From positions 12,956-76,955 of the forward strand of contig JABIDC010000003.1 of NCBI GenBank assembly GCA_018651925.1: 64,000 bases of DNA, given 5' to 3'. Under the pieces are notes generated by a model that was not told the origin of the DNA, did no database searches, and saw only the letters and a list, made by a program, of their open reading frames with translations. The translations under genes and the position numbers were made by a program. This DNA is from an archaeon (GTDB lineage: Archaea; Nanobdellota; Nanobdellia; Pacearchaeales; GW2011-AR1). Shown here piece by piece: positions 18,530 through 28,271 of the stretch; positions within the stretch are counted from its first letter, which is position 1; every line of letters begins with the position of its first letter.

Positions 18530-18796
18530 TTACTTAACAAGACGTTGAATCTCGCTAATCGCATCTGAAACTTCTTGTCCTTTCTTGGTCAACTTTATCA
18601 ATTTAATTCGCCCCTTTTTTTCGAAGTCAACCAACTTTAGCTCTTCAAGCTTCTGCAGTATTTTCACTGCATGACTATAAGTGCAATCCACTTCCTTAGC
18701 CAATAAACTACCATACCTCATCCTTGAGTTTTTTTTCAGATGGACCAACATTAATGCTGGCTTCCTTCTAAAAAATACGTCAAAATTGTCTTTCAT
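18530..18796 (-). CDS. winged-helix transcriptional regulator (MarR/ArsR-like)
   Basis: 88 aa. Recognition-helix region YSHAVKILQKLEELKLVDFEKKGRIKLIKLTKKG. Confidence 0.65.
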   Translation of the reverse strand: MKDNFDVFFRRKPALMLVHLKKNSRMRYGSLLAKEVDCTYSHAVKILQKLEELKLVDFEKKGRIKLIKLTKKGQEVSDAISEIQRLVK

Positions 18797-18812
18797 TTTT
18801 GGTATCCGGTAA

Positions 18813-18860
18813 TGAGAAAAAAATTAATCTTTCTCACCATCAAAGCTATGAACTTTGATG
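18813..18860. promoter_or_regulatory. two adjacent inverted repeats in the divergent intergenic region
   Basis: TGAGAAA-N10-TTTCTCA (18813-18836) and CATCAAAG-N7-CTTTGATG (18838-18860). Confidence 0.4.
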
Positions 18861-18907
18861 TATATATCCAGACAATATTGAACTTATAAAACTTTCTTAA
18901 ACTATAT

Positions 18908-18951
18908 GTCAGAACACATAGGTTCACAACACATGGGTTCAGAACACTTAT
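18908..18951 (+). repeat. three tandem ~15-nt repeats upstream of the phosphoesterase gene
   Basis: GTCAGAACACATAG / GTTCACAACACATGG / GTTCAGAACACTTAT. Confidence 0.6.
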
Positions 18952-18969
18952 TAATCCAAAATCACTTTA

Positions 18970-19581
18970 ATGAACATGACAAAAATCATGGCGGTGGGAG
19001 ATTTTCACGGAGATCAAATCCTTGCAGAACAATTAGCAAAAAAAGCAAAAAAAGAAAAAATAGAAATTGTAATTCTTGCAGGAGATATAACTCTTGCGAA
19101 CCTAGATATAAAAAATTTAATTGGACCTTTTGCCAAAGAAAAAAAGAAAATCCTCCTAATTCCAGGAAATCATGAAACTCCAGAAACTTCTGAATTCTTA
19201 TCTAGAATGTATTCTCCATACACTCATCACCTACATGGAACACATTTTCAAAAAGGAAACGTTGGCTTCTTTGGGGCAGGAACTGCAAACATGGGGCCAG
19301 GACAAATTCCCGATTCAATGATTTTTGATTTATTAAAAAAATCTCATGAAAAAATAAAAGATTTAGATCATAAAATTATGGTAACCCATATCCATCCAAT
19401 AAATTCCAAGTCAGAATTCACCGGATTTAAGGGATCTCCTGCAGTAAGACTTGCAATTGAAAAATTCAAACCAACAATTGCAATATGCTCGCACATTCAT
19501 GAAGCAGCAGGACTTGAAGAAAAAATTGGACAAACAAAAGTAATTAATGTTTCAAAAAAAGAATTTATTTTTGAAATCTAG
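18970..19581 (+). CDS. metallophosphoesterase (calcineurin-like, MJ0936/YfcE-like)
   Basis: IMAVGDFHGD, ILAGDI, IPGNHE, THIHP and CSHIHE motifs. Confidence 0.8.
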   Translation: MNMTKIMAVGDFHGDQILAEQLAKKAKKEKIEIVILAGDITLANLDIKNLIGPFAKEKKKILLIPGNHETPETSEFLSRMYSPYTHHLHGTHFQKGNVGFFGAGTANMGPGQIPDSMIFDLLKKSHEKIKDLDHKIMVTHIHPINSKSEFTGFKGSPAVRLAIEKFKPTIAICSHIHEAAGLEEKIGQTKVINVSKKEFIFEI

Positions 19582-19628
19582 TTTTCAAAAACTATTAAAA
19601 ACAAGTTTGATACCTAATTCTAGAGAAA

Positions 19629-22001
19629 ATGACAAAAAAACCCCAACAAAGCCGTTATGAAAAAGCTTCCGAAGGATTCTTTCCAGCGGATGAAGATGAT
19701 TTTAAAATTACAACTACAAAAAAAGTAAAAGAATCTCAACCAAGAGAAACAATAATCAAAACTGCAACAACAAAAAAAGTAAAAGAAAAAGTAAAGACAG
19801 AAACAGTTGTAAAAAAAGCAATCTCAAAAAAATATAAAAAACCAGGGGCAAAAGCAAGACAAAAAGTTGTTAAAAAATCAACTAAAAAAAAGAAAAGAGC
19901 AACTGCAAAAAAAACTTATTCCATTCCAAAAATAAAATTGAAAGAAAAAGGTTATGAATTAGTTATCACCGAGAAACCCCAAGCAGCATTAAAAATTGCA
20001 AATGCATTAGGAAAAGCAGTTCAAAAAACAAATAAAAAAGTCCCCTATTATGAAGTAGAAAGAAATGGTGAGAAAATAGTAGTTGGATGTGCAGTTGGGC
20101 ATTTATTCACCTTAACTCAAAATAATGCAGGAACAACAGTTCCAAATTTTGATATTTCTTGGATGCCAAATTACATCTCAAGAAAAAGAGATTTTTCAAA
20201 AAATTATTATGATACATTACTAACTCTTGCAAAAGGCGCATCAGGATTAACAGTTGCGACAGATTTTGATATTGAAGGAGAAGTAATTGGATTAAATGTT
20301 GTGAGATTTATTTGCGCACAACAAGATGCCAAAAGAATGAAATTTTCGACATTGACTGAAAAAGAATTGAATGACGCATATGATAAACGATCAAAAACAT
20401 TGGAGTGGGGCCAAGCACTTGCAGGTGAAACCCGTCACCACCTAGATTGGTTCTATGGAATAAATTTATCTCGTGCATTAATGAATGCCATAAAGACAAC
20501 AGGAAAATTCAAAATAATGTCTATTGGGAGGGTGCAAGGACCTTCATTAAAATTAATTGTAGACAAAGAGAAAGAAATCAAAGATTTTATATCTCAACCT
20601 TACTGGCAATCTTTCATTACCGTAACTTCTCCAAAAGTTGAATTAAAACACAACAAAGATATTTTTGACAAAGAAGATTTAGGAAAGTTTGAGAATTTAA
20701 TTGGAAAAACTGCAATTGCTAATACGAAAAAAACCCAAAATATTATGCCCCCAAATCCCCCATTTAATTTAACAACACTTCAAACAGAAAGTTACAAATT
20801 CCATGGGATAACCCCGAAAAATGCATTACGAGCAGCACAATCACTATACCTTGCAGGATTGATCTCTTACCCAAGAACTTCTTCCCAAAAATTGCCAAAA
20901 GAACTTGGCTATGATAAAATTTTAGAGATTTTAAAAATAAGATATAAAGTTGCAAAATTAATCACAAGAAAAACCCCGATTGAAGGAAAAAAAACAGACC
21001 CCGCACATCCTTCAATTTATCCTACTGGAAATAAACCCCCAATTTTATCCGGAGATGAAGAAAAAGTTTACGAATTAATTGTAAAAAGATTCTTAAGTTT
21101 ATTCTGCGATGACGCAATTGTAAATAATAAAAGAATCTCAGCCACAGTAGAGGATTTAATTTACGCAGCTCGAGGTTCAGAAATTGAGAAAAAGGCATGG
21201 ATGGAAATTTATCCCTCAAAACTAAAAGAAGAAAGCTTGCCAGATTTAGAAGGAGAAGTTAAAATCATTGATTCAAAAGTTGTAGAGAAAGAAACACAAC
21301 CTCCAAAAAGATTTTCCCCAGCATCAATTTTAACACAATTAGAAAAAAAGAATCTCGGAACAAAAGCAACAAGAGCAGCAATTCTAGAAACACTTTATGA
21401 CAGAGGATATGTAAAAGATAAATCAATTGAAGCCACACCTTTGGGGATTTCATTAATAGAAACATTACAAAAACATTCCCCCATAATTATTGACGAAGCC
21501 CTAACAAGAAAATTCGAACAACAAATGAATTCAATAATTGAAAACAAAAACCAAGCGAAAACAAAACTAAAAGAAAAAGAAGAAAAAATTATTGAAGAAG
21601 CTAAAAAAACAATTACTCAAATTGCAAAAGACTTTGAAGCAAATGAAGAAAAAATCGGAAGAGAATTGACAGACGCCAACACAAAAGTTTATGCTCAACA
21701 AAAAAAAGAGAATACTCTAAATCTTTGCCCAAAGTGTAACAAAGGAAATCTTGCAATAACTTATTCTAAAAAAACAAGAAAAGAATTTATCGCATGTAAT
21801 GCCTATCCCGAATGTAAAAATATTTATTCTTTGCCGCCAAATGGAAAAATTAAAAAAACAGATAAAATCTGTGAGGAATGCGGATTTCCAAAATTACAAA
21901 GATTATCAAAAGGAAAACGTCCATGGGAATTCTGTTTCAATCCCAAATGCCCAACAAATGCAGAGTGGGTAAAAAAACGAGAAGAAAATTCTCAAAAATA
22001 A
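19629..22001 (+). CDS. topA: DNA topoisomerase, type IA, with Lys-rich N-terminal extension and C-terminal zinc ribbons
   Basis: Toprim start YELVITEKPQAA, DFDIEGE, active-site Tyr context LISYPRTSSQ, C-terminal CPKC...C..C and CEECG...C modules. About 108 aa of K-rich sequence precede the Toprim domain. Confidence 0.9.
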   Translation: MTKKPQQSRYEKASEGFFPADEDDFKITTTKKVKESQPRETIIKTATTKKVKEKVKTETVVKKAISKKYKKPGAKARQKVVKKSTKKKKRATAKKTYSIPKIKLKEKGYELVITEKPQAALKIANALGKAVQKTNKKVPYYEVERNGEKIVVGCAVGHLFTLTQNNAGTTVPNFDISWMPNYISRKRDFSKNYYDTLLTLAKGASGLTVATDFDIEGEVIGLNVVRFICAQQDAKRMKFSTLTEKELNDAYDKRSKTLEWGQALAGETRHHLDWFYGINLSRALMNAIKTTGKFKIMSIGRVQGPSLKLIVDKEKEIKDFISQPYWQSFITVTSPKVELKHNKDIFDKEDLGKFENLIGKTAIANTKKTQNIMPPNPPFNLTTLQTESYKFHGITPKNALRAAQSLYLAGLISYPRTSSQKLPKELGYDKILEILKIRYKVAKLITRKTPIEGKKTDPAHPSIYPTGNKPPILSGDEEKVYELIVKRFLSLFCDDAIVNNKRISATVEDLIYAARGSEIEKKAWMEIYPSKLKEESLPDLEGEVKIIDSKVVEKETQPPKRFSPASILTQLEKKNLGTKATRAAILETLYDRGYVKDKSIEATPLGISLIETLQKHSPIIIDEALTRKFEQQMNSIIENKNQAKTKLKEKEEKIIEEAKKTITQIAKDFEANEEKIGRELTDANTKVYAQQKKENTLNLCPKCNKGNLAITYSKKTRKEFIACNAYPECKNIYSLPPNGKIKKTDKICEECGFPKLQRLSKGKRPWEFCFNPKCPTNAEWVKKREENSQK

Positions 22002-22016
22002 ATTAAAAAAAATTAT

Positions 22017-22040
22017 TTCCCAATATTTTATTATTGGGAA
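22017..22040. terminator. hairpin between convergent genes (possible bidirectional terminator)
   Basis: TTCCCAAT-attttatt-ATTGGGAA in T/A-rich flanks, between the topA stop (22001) and the 22075..22272 stop. Confidence 0.45.
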
Positions 22041-22074
22041 TAAACCTTGCGGTAAAACAAATTAAACTAAAAAA

Positions 22075-22272
22075 CTATTTACGTTTTTTAGCAGACTTTT
22101 TTTTAGCAACTGGTTTTGTTTTTGCAACCCCGCAACTGCCATAATTATTAAAATTGTCCAATAAAATAAGTAAAGCCGCTACAAGCACGATCCACATTGA
22201 CCAGCTAAAAGTCCACAAAGTGAAAACAATTATCAATACTGGCAAAATCCACCCACAACATTTATTATTCAT
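22075..22272 (-). CDS. small membrane protein with Lys-rich tail
   Basis: 65 aa, two hydrophobic segments, C-terminus KTKPVAKKKSAKKRK. Confidence 0.45.
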   Translation of the reverse strand: MNNKCCGWILPVLIIVFTLWTFSWSMWIVLVAALLILLDNFNNYGSCGVAKTKPVAKKKSAKKRK

Positions 22273-22326
22273 ATTACACCTCCCTAAAAATAATATGCAA
22301 AAATACTTAATAAAGGTTACGAAAAT

Positions 22327-23535
22327 CTAAAACCATTCGCTTAATTTGCTTTGCTCTCTTAATCCCAATAATAATTTACTTTTTTTCAGAATTTTGTTTA
22401 CATCATATCCATATTTTATCATTGAAACTTTTTTACATCCTTCAATTAATTCCCCTTCTTCCAAAAAATTTAACTTTCGATTATTCAAGGCTTTCCTAAC
22501 AGATTCCCGAACAACCCAAACTCCGAGGGAAGCCCAATAGCTTGCAGTTTCTAAACGAATAACTAACACGCTTGCTTGACGTTTTATTGAATTTAAATAT
22601 TCTAAGATTGGGAGTCTTGAAGCATAATATCCTCCAGCACAATTTTTTGCATAATTTTTTCTTCCAGAAAAAGTTTCATAGTCTGTAGAAGCCTTAATTT
22701 CTTTTCCAGGATTCCAACTACTCCCGGGCAAATAAAGTTCAAACAACTCATAACTAAAAACATTTGGAAAAAGCATTATTAAATATTCATTCCCCATAAA
22801 GTCTCCAAAAAATAATTCATAATTTTCAATCCATTTATATGTTCTAATTTTCTCCAATAAATTTTTTCCAATTGTATCATCTGTTGCAGTAATACTCCAC
22901 CGCGTAGGAACTAATTTTTTATCTTTCTTCATTCCCAAAACCCCCACAGATAGAATTTTAGCAAGAGAATATTCATCAAAATTATTTTTATACAAATAAT
23001 TAATCCCATAATTAGATTTTATTTCATCATTCATCATCTTATCCAATTTTTGATTAACCTTAACATTCATAGTGATTGTCGCTTTTTTCAAAGGAGCCTT
23101 CAATCCATGAGGAGTCAAAACCCGATCAACCTTTCTTCCAAAAGCCATTTTGTTTTTCAATTCAATTTCCAAATCTACCGGCTTTGCAGCAATTGCAATC
23201 TCTTTTGCAACTTCAACAAATTTAGAGTTTCCCTTAAAGTTTTTAAGTTGAGAAGTAAATCTTGAATTAAGAAGCCCTTCTCTTAACTTTACAACATCAT
23301 TAATTGAAAAATTTTCTTTTGACCAAGTTTTTGCAGAATCATATATCCAAGCATCAGAATCTCTCTCTAAAGGCGACAAAATTCCCACATTTACATTTGG
23401 ATAAGACAACCCTGAACCAATAAAAACGCTTGGAGGAGAAGTACTATCTAATTTCGAAGAATTCAAAATCTCCTTATTTCTAAATCGGGGATTAGAAATC
23501 TTTTTCACCAGTTCAAATTTAATATCTTTATCCAT
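22327..23535 (-). CDS. Nre-family (DUF650/DUF651-like) putative DNA-repair protein
   Basis: Start at MDKDIKF. The motif TSPPSVFIGSGLSYPNVNVGILSP matches, from memory, the conserved PPSVFVG..YP.V.VGP block of archaeal Nre proteins. No N-terminal zinc finger is seen. Confidence 0.5.
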   Translation of the reverse strand: MDKDIKFELVKKISNPRFRNKEILNSSKLDSTSPPSVFIGSGLSYPNVNVGILSPLERDSDAWIYDSAKTWSKENFSINDVVKLREGLLNSRFTSQLKNFKGNSKFVEVAKEIAIAAKPVDLEIELKNKMAFGRKVDRVLTPHGLKAPLKKATITMNVKVNQKLDKMMNDEIKSNYGINYLYKNNFDEYSLAKILSVGVLGMKKDKKLVPTRWSITATDDTIGKNLLEKIRTYKWIENYELFFGDFMGNEYLIMLFPNVFSYELFELYLPGSSWNPGKEIKASTDYETFSGRKNYAKNCAGGYYASRLPILEYLNSIKRQASVLVIRLETASYWASLGVWVVRESVRKALNNRKLNFLEEGELIEGCKKVSMIKYGYDVNKILKKSKLLLGLREQSKLSEWF

Positions 23536-23567
23536 AAAAAAATAAAACAAAGAAAGTTTAAATTAAT

Positions 23568-24323
23568 TTATACTCTATTCTCAAGATCCTTTCTATCTTT
23601 TGCTTTTCCTAATTTTTGAGATAAATTTGAAGAATTTGCAGGAAAATATTCATCCTCTCCAATCCTAAAATAAAACCCAAATTCTTCAAAAGGAATTTTT
23701 TCTCTCCCAACAACTCTTTTCCATGCATAAGAAATCCCAGTTCCATTATTTCCCGCCCCATCATTTGAAATTAGTGATACCGGACCAACTTCCCGAGATA
23801 CAAGATAGCCCACTTTTAAAAACTCATAATCTTGCCAAGATAATCCATCTTGTTCCGAAAGTTCCGCATAAGCTGCATCAAAATCTCTTCCTTGAATTTT
23901 GCCAAAATCCTTCAAACTCAAAATCCTACCCCTTGCAGTCAATTCTTCAACAAAAAGTCTCCTTGCCCTTTGTTCTTTTTCTACAGCACTGGTAATTGAA
24001 GAATTATTTATGAAACCTCTAGAAGATCTTTCTTTTTTCTTTCTACACTTCTTTCTTCCACGAGAAAAATCCGCGTGCAAATCAAGAGCTCCTTGTAATT
24101 TACCTGAAAATTCATCAAGAATTCCCGGAGTAATGTAAAAAGGTGCATCTTCATCTATAAGTTGTCCCCTCAATCTGCCAATATATCTTGATCTCCTCTT
24201 AAATTGATAAATAACATTTGGATTGGACAATGAAAATTGATCTTCTCCCAAAGCCCAATTAATCGCAGAATTATCTAACAAAACTATTTCATTGGTATTT
24301 ACAATTTCCCCTATTGATGCCAT
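23568..24323 (-). CDS. hypothetical protein, possible PIN-like nuclease with a basic insert
   Basis: Acidic residues are spaced as in PIN domains (VLLDNSA, ILDEF, QDYEFL, LISNDG). These are interrupted by a basic insert, GRKKCRKKKERSSRG. Confidence 0.35.
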   Translation of the reverse strand: MASIGEIVNTNEIVLLDNSAINWALGEDQFSLSNPNVIYQFKRRSRYIGRLRGQLIDEDAPFYITPGILDEFSGKLQGALDLHADFSRGRKKCRKKKERSSRGFINNSSITSAVEKEQRARRLFVEELTARGRILSLKDFGKIQGRDFDAAYAELSEQDGLSWQDYEFLKVGYLVSREVGPVSLISNDGAGNNGTGISYAWKRVVGREKIPFEEFGFYFRIGEDEYFPANSSNLSQKLGKAKDRKDLENRV

Positions 24324-24423
24324 AAAATTCTAGCAAAAAAATCATATAAAAAGATTCCTATATCCAACTTCTCTTAAATATTCCCTTTAGTTTGGATTTA
24401 GTCAAGCTAATGGGACTATTTCG

Positions 24424-25164
24424 TTACAACCATGATTTTCGAAATATTCCCTTCTCTTTAATCTCAAACGCCATCTGCTTTTCCTTGATGCTTCGATGTT
24501 TAATCAAAACCACTTTTCTCTTTGATCCATCTTTTTTCAATTCCAAAATACATTTACTCCAATAAGTCAATAAATCTCCCCCAACAATATTCACTTTTCT
24601 TTCTTCTCCTTTCAAAATATCTTCATCACTCAAAAATTCAGAATACACCTGATTTGTAACCATTACCGGAATATTTTGTTTTCTTGCAATTTCCGCCAAA
24701 CTTCTCATCTGCTTTGCAACTTCCCTATTAACCTCACGAATCTTCCCCGAATCTTTTTCTTTAATTGCATCTCCCAACTCTAATCGATAAAGCATTGCCA
24801 TCGAATCAATAACAATTAACCCAACATGTTCTTTTTTCATTGTCAAAAGCAATTTTTCAAAAAATTCTTTTTGCTCTTCAAAAGTTGTCGGCTCTAAAAG
24901 TAAAATATTCTCCAAAATTTCAGAATATCCCTCTCCAACAATTTGCCGAACCCGTTCAACACTAAATCCTCCTTCCGTATCAATGAAAATAACTCGTTTT
25001 CCTTTCTTCGCCAAACTACATGTTGCCAAAAGCACAAAATTCGTCTTACCTGCTCCCGGAGGGCCAGCAATCATACTAATTACCCCCGCTTCATACCCCC
25101 CGCAAAGCCATTTATTCAAATCATATGAACCCGCAGAAATCTTTTCAGTTCTTTTATATTCCAT
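24424..25164 (-). CDS. radB: DNA repair and recombination protein RadB
   Basis: 246 aa RecA-fold-only protein. Contains GGYEAGVISMIAGPPGAGKT, IFIDTEGGFSVER and LIVIDS. It lacks the RadA N-terminal HhH domain. Confidence 0.85.
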   Translation of the reverse strand: MEYKRTEKISAGSYDLNKWLCGGYEAGVISMIAGPPGAGKTNFVLLATCSLAKKGKRVIFIDTEGGFSVERVRQIVGEGYSEILENILLLEPTTFEEQKEFFEKLLLTMKKEHVGLIVIDSMAMLYRLELGDAIKEKDSGKIREVNREVAKQMRSLAEIARKQNIPVMVTNQVYSEFLSDEDILKGEERKVNIVGGDLLTYWSKCILELKKDGSKRKVVLIKHRSIKEKQMAFEIKEKGIFRKSWL

Positions 25165-25216
25165 AGATAAAAGACATAAAAATTACTTATAAAAATTAGT
25201 ATACTAAAATAAAAAA

Positions 25217-25477
25217 TTAAAGTTTCTTAAAATCAACTAAAACTTTATCCAACTCTTTTGTAATTGCAAGAACAGCATCATTAATTGCTTTTTTTGCATC
25301 TTTTCCTTTAGTTGTTACACGTAAAATCGGATTCTTTGTTGGATGTTCTCTTTTCCAAGCCGCAAAAGTAACAGCAGAATCTTTATTCAAATAAACTCTC
25401 AAAATTTCGATTAGAGTTAAACTTTCAAGTTCCACTTCAATCTCATCTTTTGCTGCAGTTAGAATCTTCATTTCCAT
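25217..25477 (-). CDS. rpoL: DNA-directed RNA polymerase subunit L (Rpo11)
   Basis: 86 aa. Pattern EVELESLTLIEILRVYLNKDSAVTFAAWKREHPTKNPILRVTTKG. Confidence 0.85.
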   Translation of the reverse strand: MEMKILTAAKDEIEVELESLTLIEILRVYLNKDSAVTFAAWKREHPTKNPILRVTTKGKDAKKAINDAVLAITKELDKVLVDFKKL

Positions 25478-25533
25478 AATAAGAATTCAACATTTTAGTT
25501 TAAAAAACTTTTGTTTAGAAAAATTAAGCAAAA

Positions 25534-26319
25534 TTACTTTCCAAATAAAATCTCATCGATTTCTTTTTCAGATAATTGGCTCTTTTCCAAGTCTTTCTCT
25601 TGAGAATAGGGCTCCACATCTAAATCTTCAACATCAACAACTTCTTCAGATTTATCTTTTCTCCCCCAAGATTTCCAAAAAGGAGATTTTTTTTCTGAAT
25701 TTTCTTCCTTTAAATCCTCAATAACTAAATCTTGAGTTTTAACATCATCAATTGAAAATTCATCAATTTCTCCAACAGCAACTGGTTCTTCAATTTTCAT
25801 GGCTGGGCGGTTAAATAAATTAATATCCAAATATCTTTCAATTTTTTGAATCAAAACATCTGAATCTTTTCCAACAATACCTTCTTCAAGCATCTTAATT
25901 GAAAGTTCAGGTTCAGCAATTGTTTCAGCCATTTTACCTTGAGTAACATGTTTCATTCTTCTTGCTCTCATAACAACCCAATGAAAATTTGGAATCAAAT
26001 CCTCTCTTGGATGTATTTCATCCAATGTTTTTTTAAAATTAGTATTAATCACATCTTTTAGTTCTAAATTTTGTTTTAAAATTTCTTTATTTTCCTCAAA
26101 AGTCTTTTTACGAACATTATCAAGACCAGAAGCTGCAACAAGGCGCTCATGAACTGTTCGATGCCTTTCTGCATTCCTTTCTCGAAAATCATGTTTCTCC
26201 ACAATTGGAAGATTCTCATTTTTATAACAATCATTACAAATATTCCTAATTCCTTTTGAAGAAATCACATCAAACAAAATAGCTTTGTCTTTTGTTGCAC
26301 CACATTTAAAGCATCCCAT
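25534..26319 (-). CDS. MBF1-like protein (N-terminal zinc ribbon plus XRE-type HTH) with acidic C-terminal tail
   Basis: Start at MGCFKCG (CAT at 26317-26319). C-x2-C...C-x2-C ribbon, then an HTH segment ARRMKHVTQGKMAETIAEPELSIKMLEEG ... KIERYLDINL. Confidence 0.5.
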   Translation of the reverse strand: MGCFKCGATKDKAILFDVISSKGIRNICNDCYKNENLPIVEKHDFRERNAERHRTVHERLVAASGLDNVRKKTFEENKEILKQNLELKDVINTNFKKTLDEIHPREDLIPNFHWVVMRARRMKHVTQGKMAETIAEPELSIKMLEEGIVGKDSDVLIQKIERYLDINLFNRPAMKIEEPVAVGEIDEFSIDDVKTQDLVIEDLKEENSEKKSPFWKSWGRKDKSEEVVDVEDLDVEPYSQEKDLEKSQLSEKEIDEILFGK

Positions 26320-26368
26320 AGAAAAAATGAGCAATTTTGCTTTTTTAATATTTGTATACTTTAACGTA

Positions 26369-26758
26369 TCATTTTTTAGGAAATACCCAATAAAGAGAAC
26401 CAAAAAAGGTTATTGGAATTGCACAAAGTGTTCCAATTATTGCAGAAATATTTGCATTCAAAGTTCCTGCTCCAATTAAATCAAAAGCAATTGAACCAAC
26501 CCCCACACTAACAAAAAATGCAACCAAATAAACAAAAAAATATCTTACAATTTGGTTTTTCTTTCCCCCAGATTTTGAAGAAAAAGTTACATTTCGATTA
26601 GCAATAAAAACAAAGGTATTTGAAATTAAAAGAGCAAAAGATTTGGAGAAAACAAAAATAGAGCTTAAATAAAAAAATAAATTAAATGAAGAATATTCTA
26701 TTATTGCGGCAAAAGCCCCCACCATACAAAAAGCCAAAAATTTTTTTATAAATTTCAT
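26369..26758 (-). CDS. GtrA-family membrane protein
   Basis: Start at MKFIKKF. 4 TM segments. N-terminus FCMVGAFAAIIEYSSFNLFFY. Confidence 0.65.
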   Translation of the reverse strand: MKFIKKFLAFCMVGAFAAIIEYSSFNLFFYLSSIFVFSKSFALLISNTFVFIANRNVTFSSKSGGKKNQIVRYFFVYLVAFFVSVGVGSIAFDLIGAGTLNANISAIIGTLCAIPITFFGSLYWVFPKK

Positions 26759-26792
26759 AAATAACAAACTAAAAAACAATTAATAAAGTTTC

Positions 26793-28271
26793 TTAATTAA
26801 TAAATTTACAAAACTTTAGAAAATAATTGCCTAAACCAATTTTTTCAAATTTAAAAGACAAATCTTTACAAGGATCAGAAATTCCAGGAAAAATATCTTT
26901 ATAATTCAAAAAACAATTAGAAGAATTGATTCCTTCTTTTACAAAAAAAGAATATTTTTCCCTTTTCAAAAGAAGATTATAATTTCCCAAATCTTCCTCC
27001 AAATATGAATCATCCCTTGTTTTAGAATTAAAAATCAAAACAATTTCCCCCCGGTTGATAGACCATTCAAAATCTCCCAGATAATGGACATTTCCAGAAT
27101 AATAATTAACTGGAACAAAGTGAGGAGAAACAATACTACAATGACTCAAATTTAATTCTTGTATGTCTTTCGAAGCCTCAAAAAAAACTTTAGAATTTTC
27201 TTTGTTTTGAAAATAATTAAAACCTACAACAAAAACAACAATCAAAAAAGAAAAAATTAAAATTCCTAAAAGAATTTTCTTTGAATTTTCCTTTTTTTTC
27301 AATTTATTAAAAAGAACAACAATCCCCAAGGAAGAAAAATAAATTACCGGAATAATAAAATTAAAATAATATCTTTGGAGTTTAGTCGGAGTAACAATTA
27401 TATCAGACAAAACAAAAATACCAATAACAAAAAATAATAAATCATATTTTAGATTCTCTTTTTTTCGGAATAATTTATAAAAAAAGAAAAAAAGTCCGAG
27501 AATGAAAAAAGGAATAAAAATATTAATTGTAGAAAAAAGATTTAAAAAACTGAATTCCCAAACTGCATCTTGTCTCGAAACAACATTCATATAAAAAGAA
27601 TCAGCCAAACTAGTAAACCAATTTCCCCACTTTAGATAATTATAAAGAAACCAAGGGAAACTTACTAAAAAGAAAATTATCAAGTTCTTTATAATTTTTC
27701 TAAGATTCCAATTAAATAAAAGTAAAGGCAAAAATACAAAAAAACTATACCTAGTCAAAAAGGCCAAGGCCAAATAATGTCCAGAAATTTTATCTTTAAT
27801 CAAAGAAGATAAAAACAAAATAAAAAAAGAAATAGAAAGCAATTCACTTCCTTCTCTTAAACCAAAAACTAAAACAAAACCATTTAATCCGATAAAATAA
27901 AATAAAAATCTTACAAACTCTTTTTTAATCTTAAATTTACAAAAATATTTTTCATATAAAACATCAGACAATTTAATAATCGAATAAAAGAACAAAACTG
28001 AAACGATTAGGATATAAATATACTCGGAGATTTTTCCCAAAAATAAAAAAATTCCAATAATCAAACTAACTAACGGGGGCCTAACAACCTCATAATAATC
28101 TGCTCCAAAAAATAAATGCCTTGCATTCAAAACATATGCCGAAAAATCCCATCCCAAATAAAAATAATGCTGCAATAAAAAATAAATAGTCGAAATGAAA
28201 AAAATAAAAGACAGCAAAGGATTTTTTAAAATAAAATTCTTAAACTTGGTGAGAATTAATTTAATTTTCAT
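26793..28271 (-). CDS. large polytopic membrane protein, putative GT-C-type glycosyltransferase (ArnT/PMT-like)
   Basis: 492 aa with more than 10 TM segments and a soluble C-terminal domain. It sits in an operon with a GT2 and a GtrA protein. The fold assignment is inference. Confidence 0.45.
   Translation of the reverse strand: MKIKLILTKFKNFILKNPLLSFIFFISTIYFLLQHYFYLGWDFSAYVLNARHLFFGADYYEVVRPPLVSLIIGIFLFLGKISEYIYILIVSVLFFYSIIKLSDVLYEKYFCKFKIKKEFVRFLFYFIGLNGFVLVFGLREGSELLSISFFILFLSSLIKDKISGHYLALAFLTRYSFFVFLPLLLFNWNLRKIIKNLIIFFLVSFPWFLYNYLKWGNWFTSLADSFYMNVVSRQDAVWEFSFLNLFSTINIFIPFFILGLFFFFYKLFRKKENLKYDLLFFVIGIFVLSDIIVTPTKLQRYYFNFIIPVIYFSSLGIVVLFNKLKKKENSKKILLGILIFSFLIVVFVVGFNYFQNKENSKVFFEASKDIQELNLSHCSIVSPHFVPVNYYSGNVHYLGDFEWSINRGEIVLIFNSKTRDDSYLEEDLGNYNLLLKREKYSFFVKEGINSSNCFLNYKDIFPGISDPCKDLSFKFEKIGLGNYFLKFCKFIN

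Noticed and set aside
18906-19175. 89-aa ORF overlapping the 5' end of the metallophosphoesterase gene
   Set aside because: Its N-terminus (MSEHIGSQHMGSEH) is just the translation of the tandem 15-nt repeats. The rest is an out-of-frame reading of a gene with clear phosphoesterase motifs.
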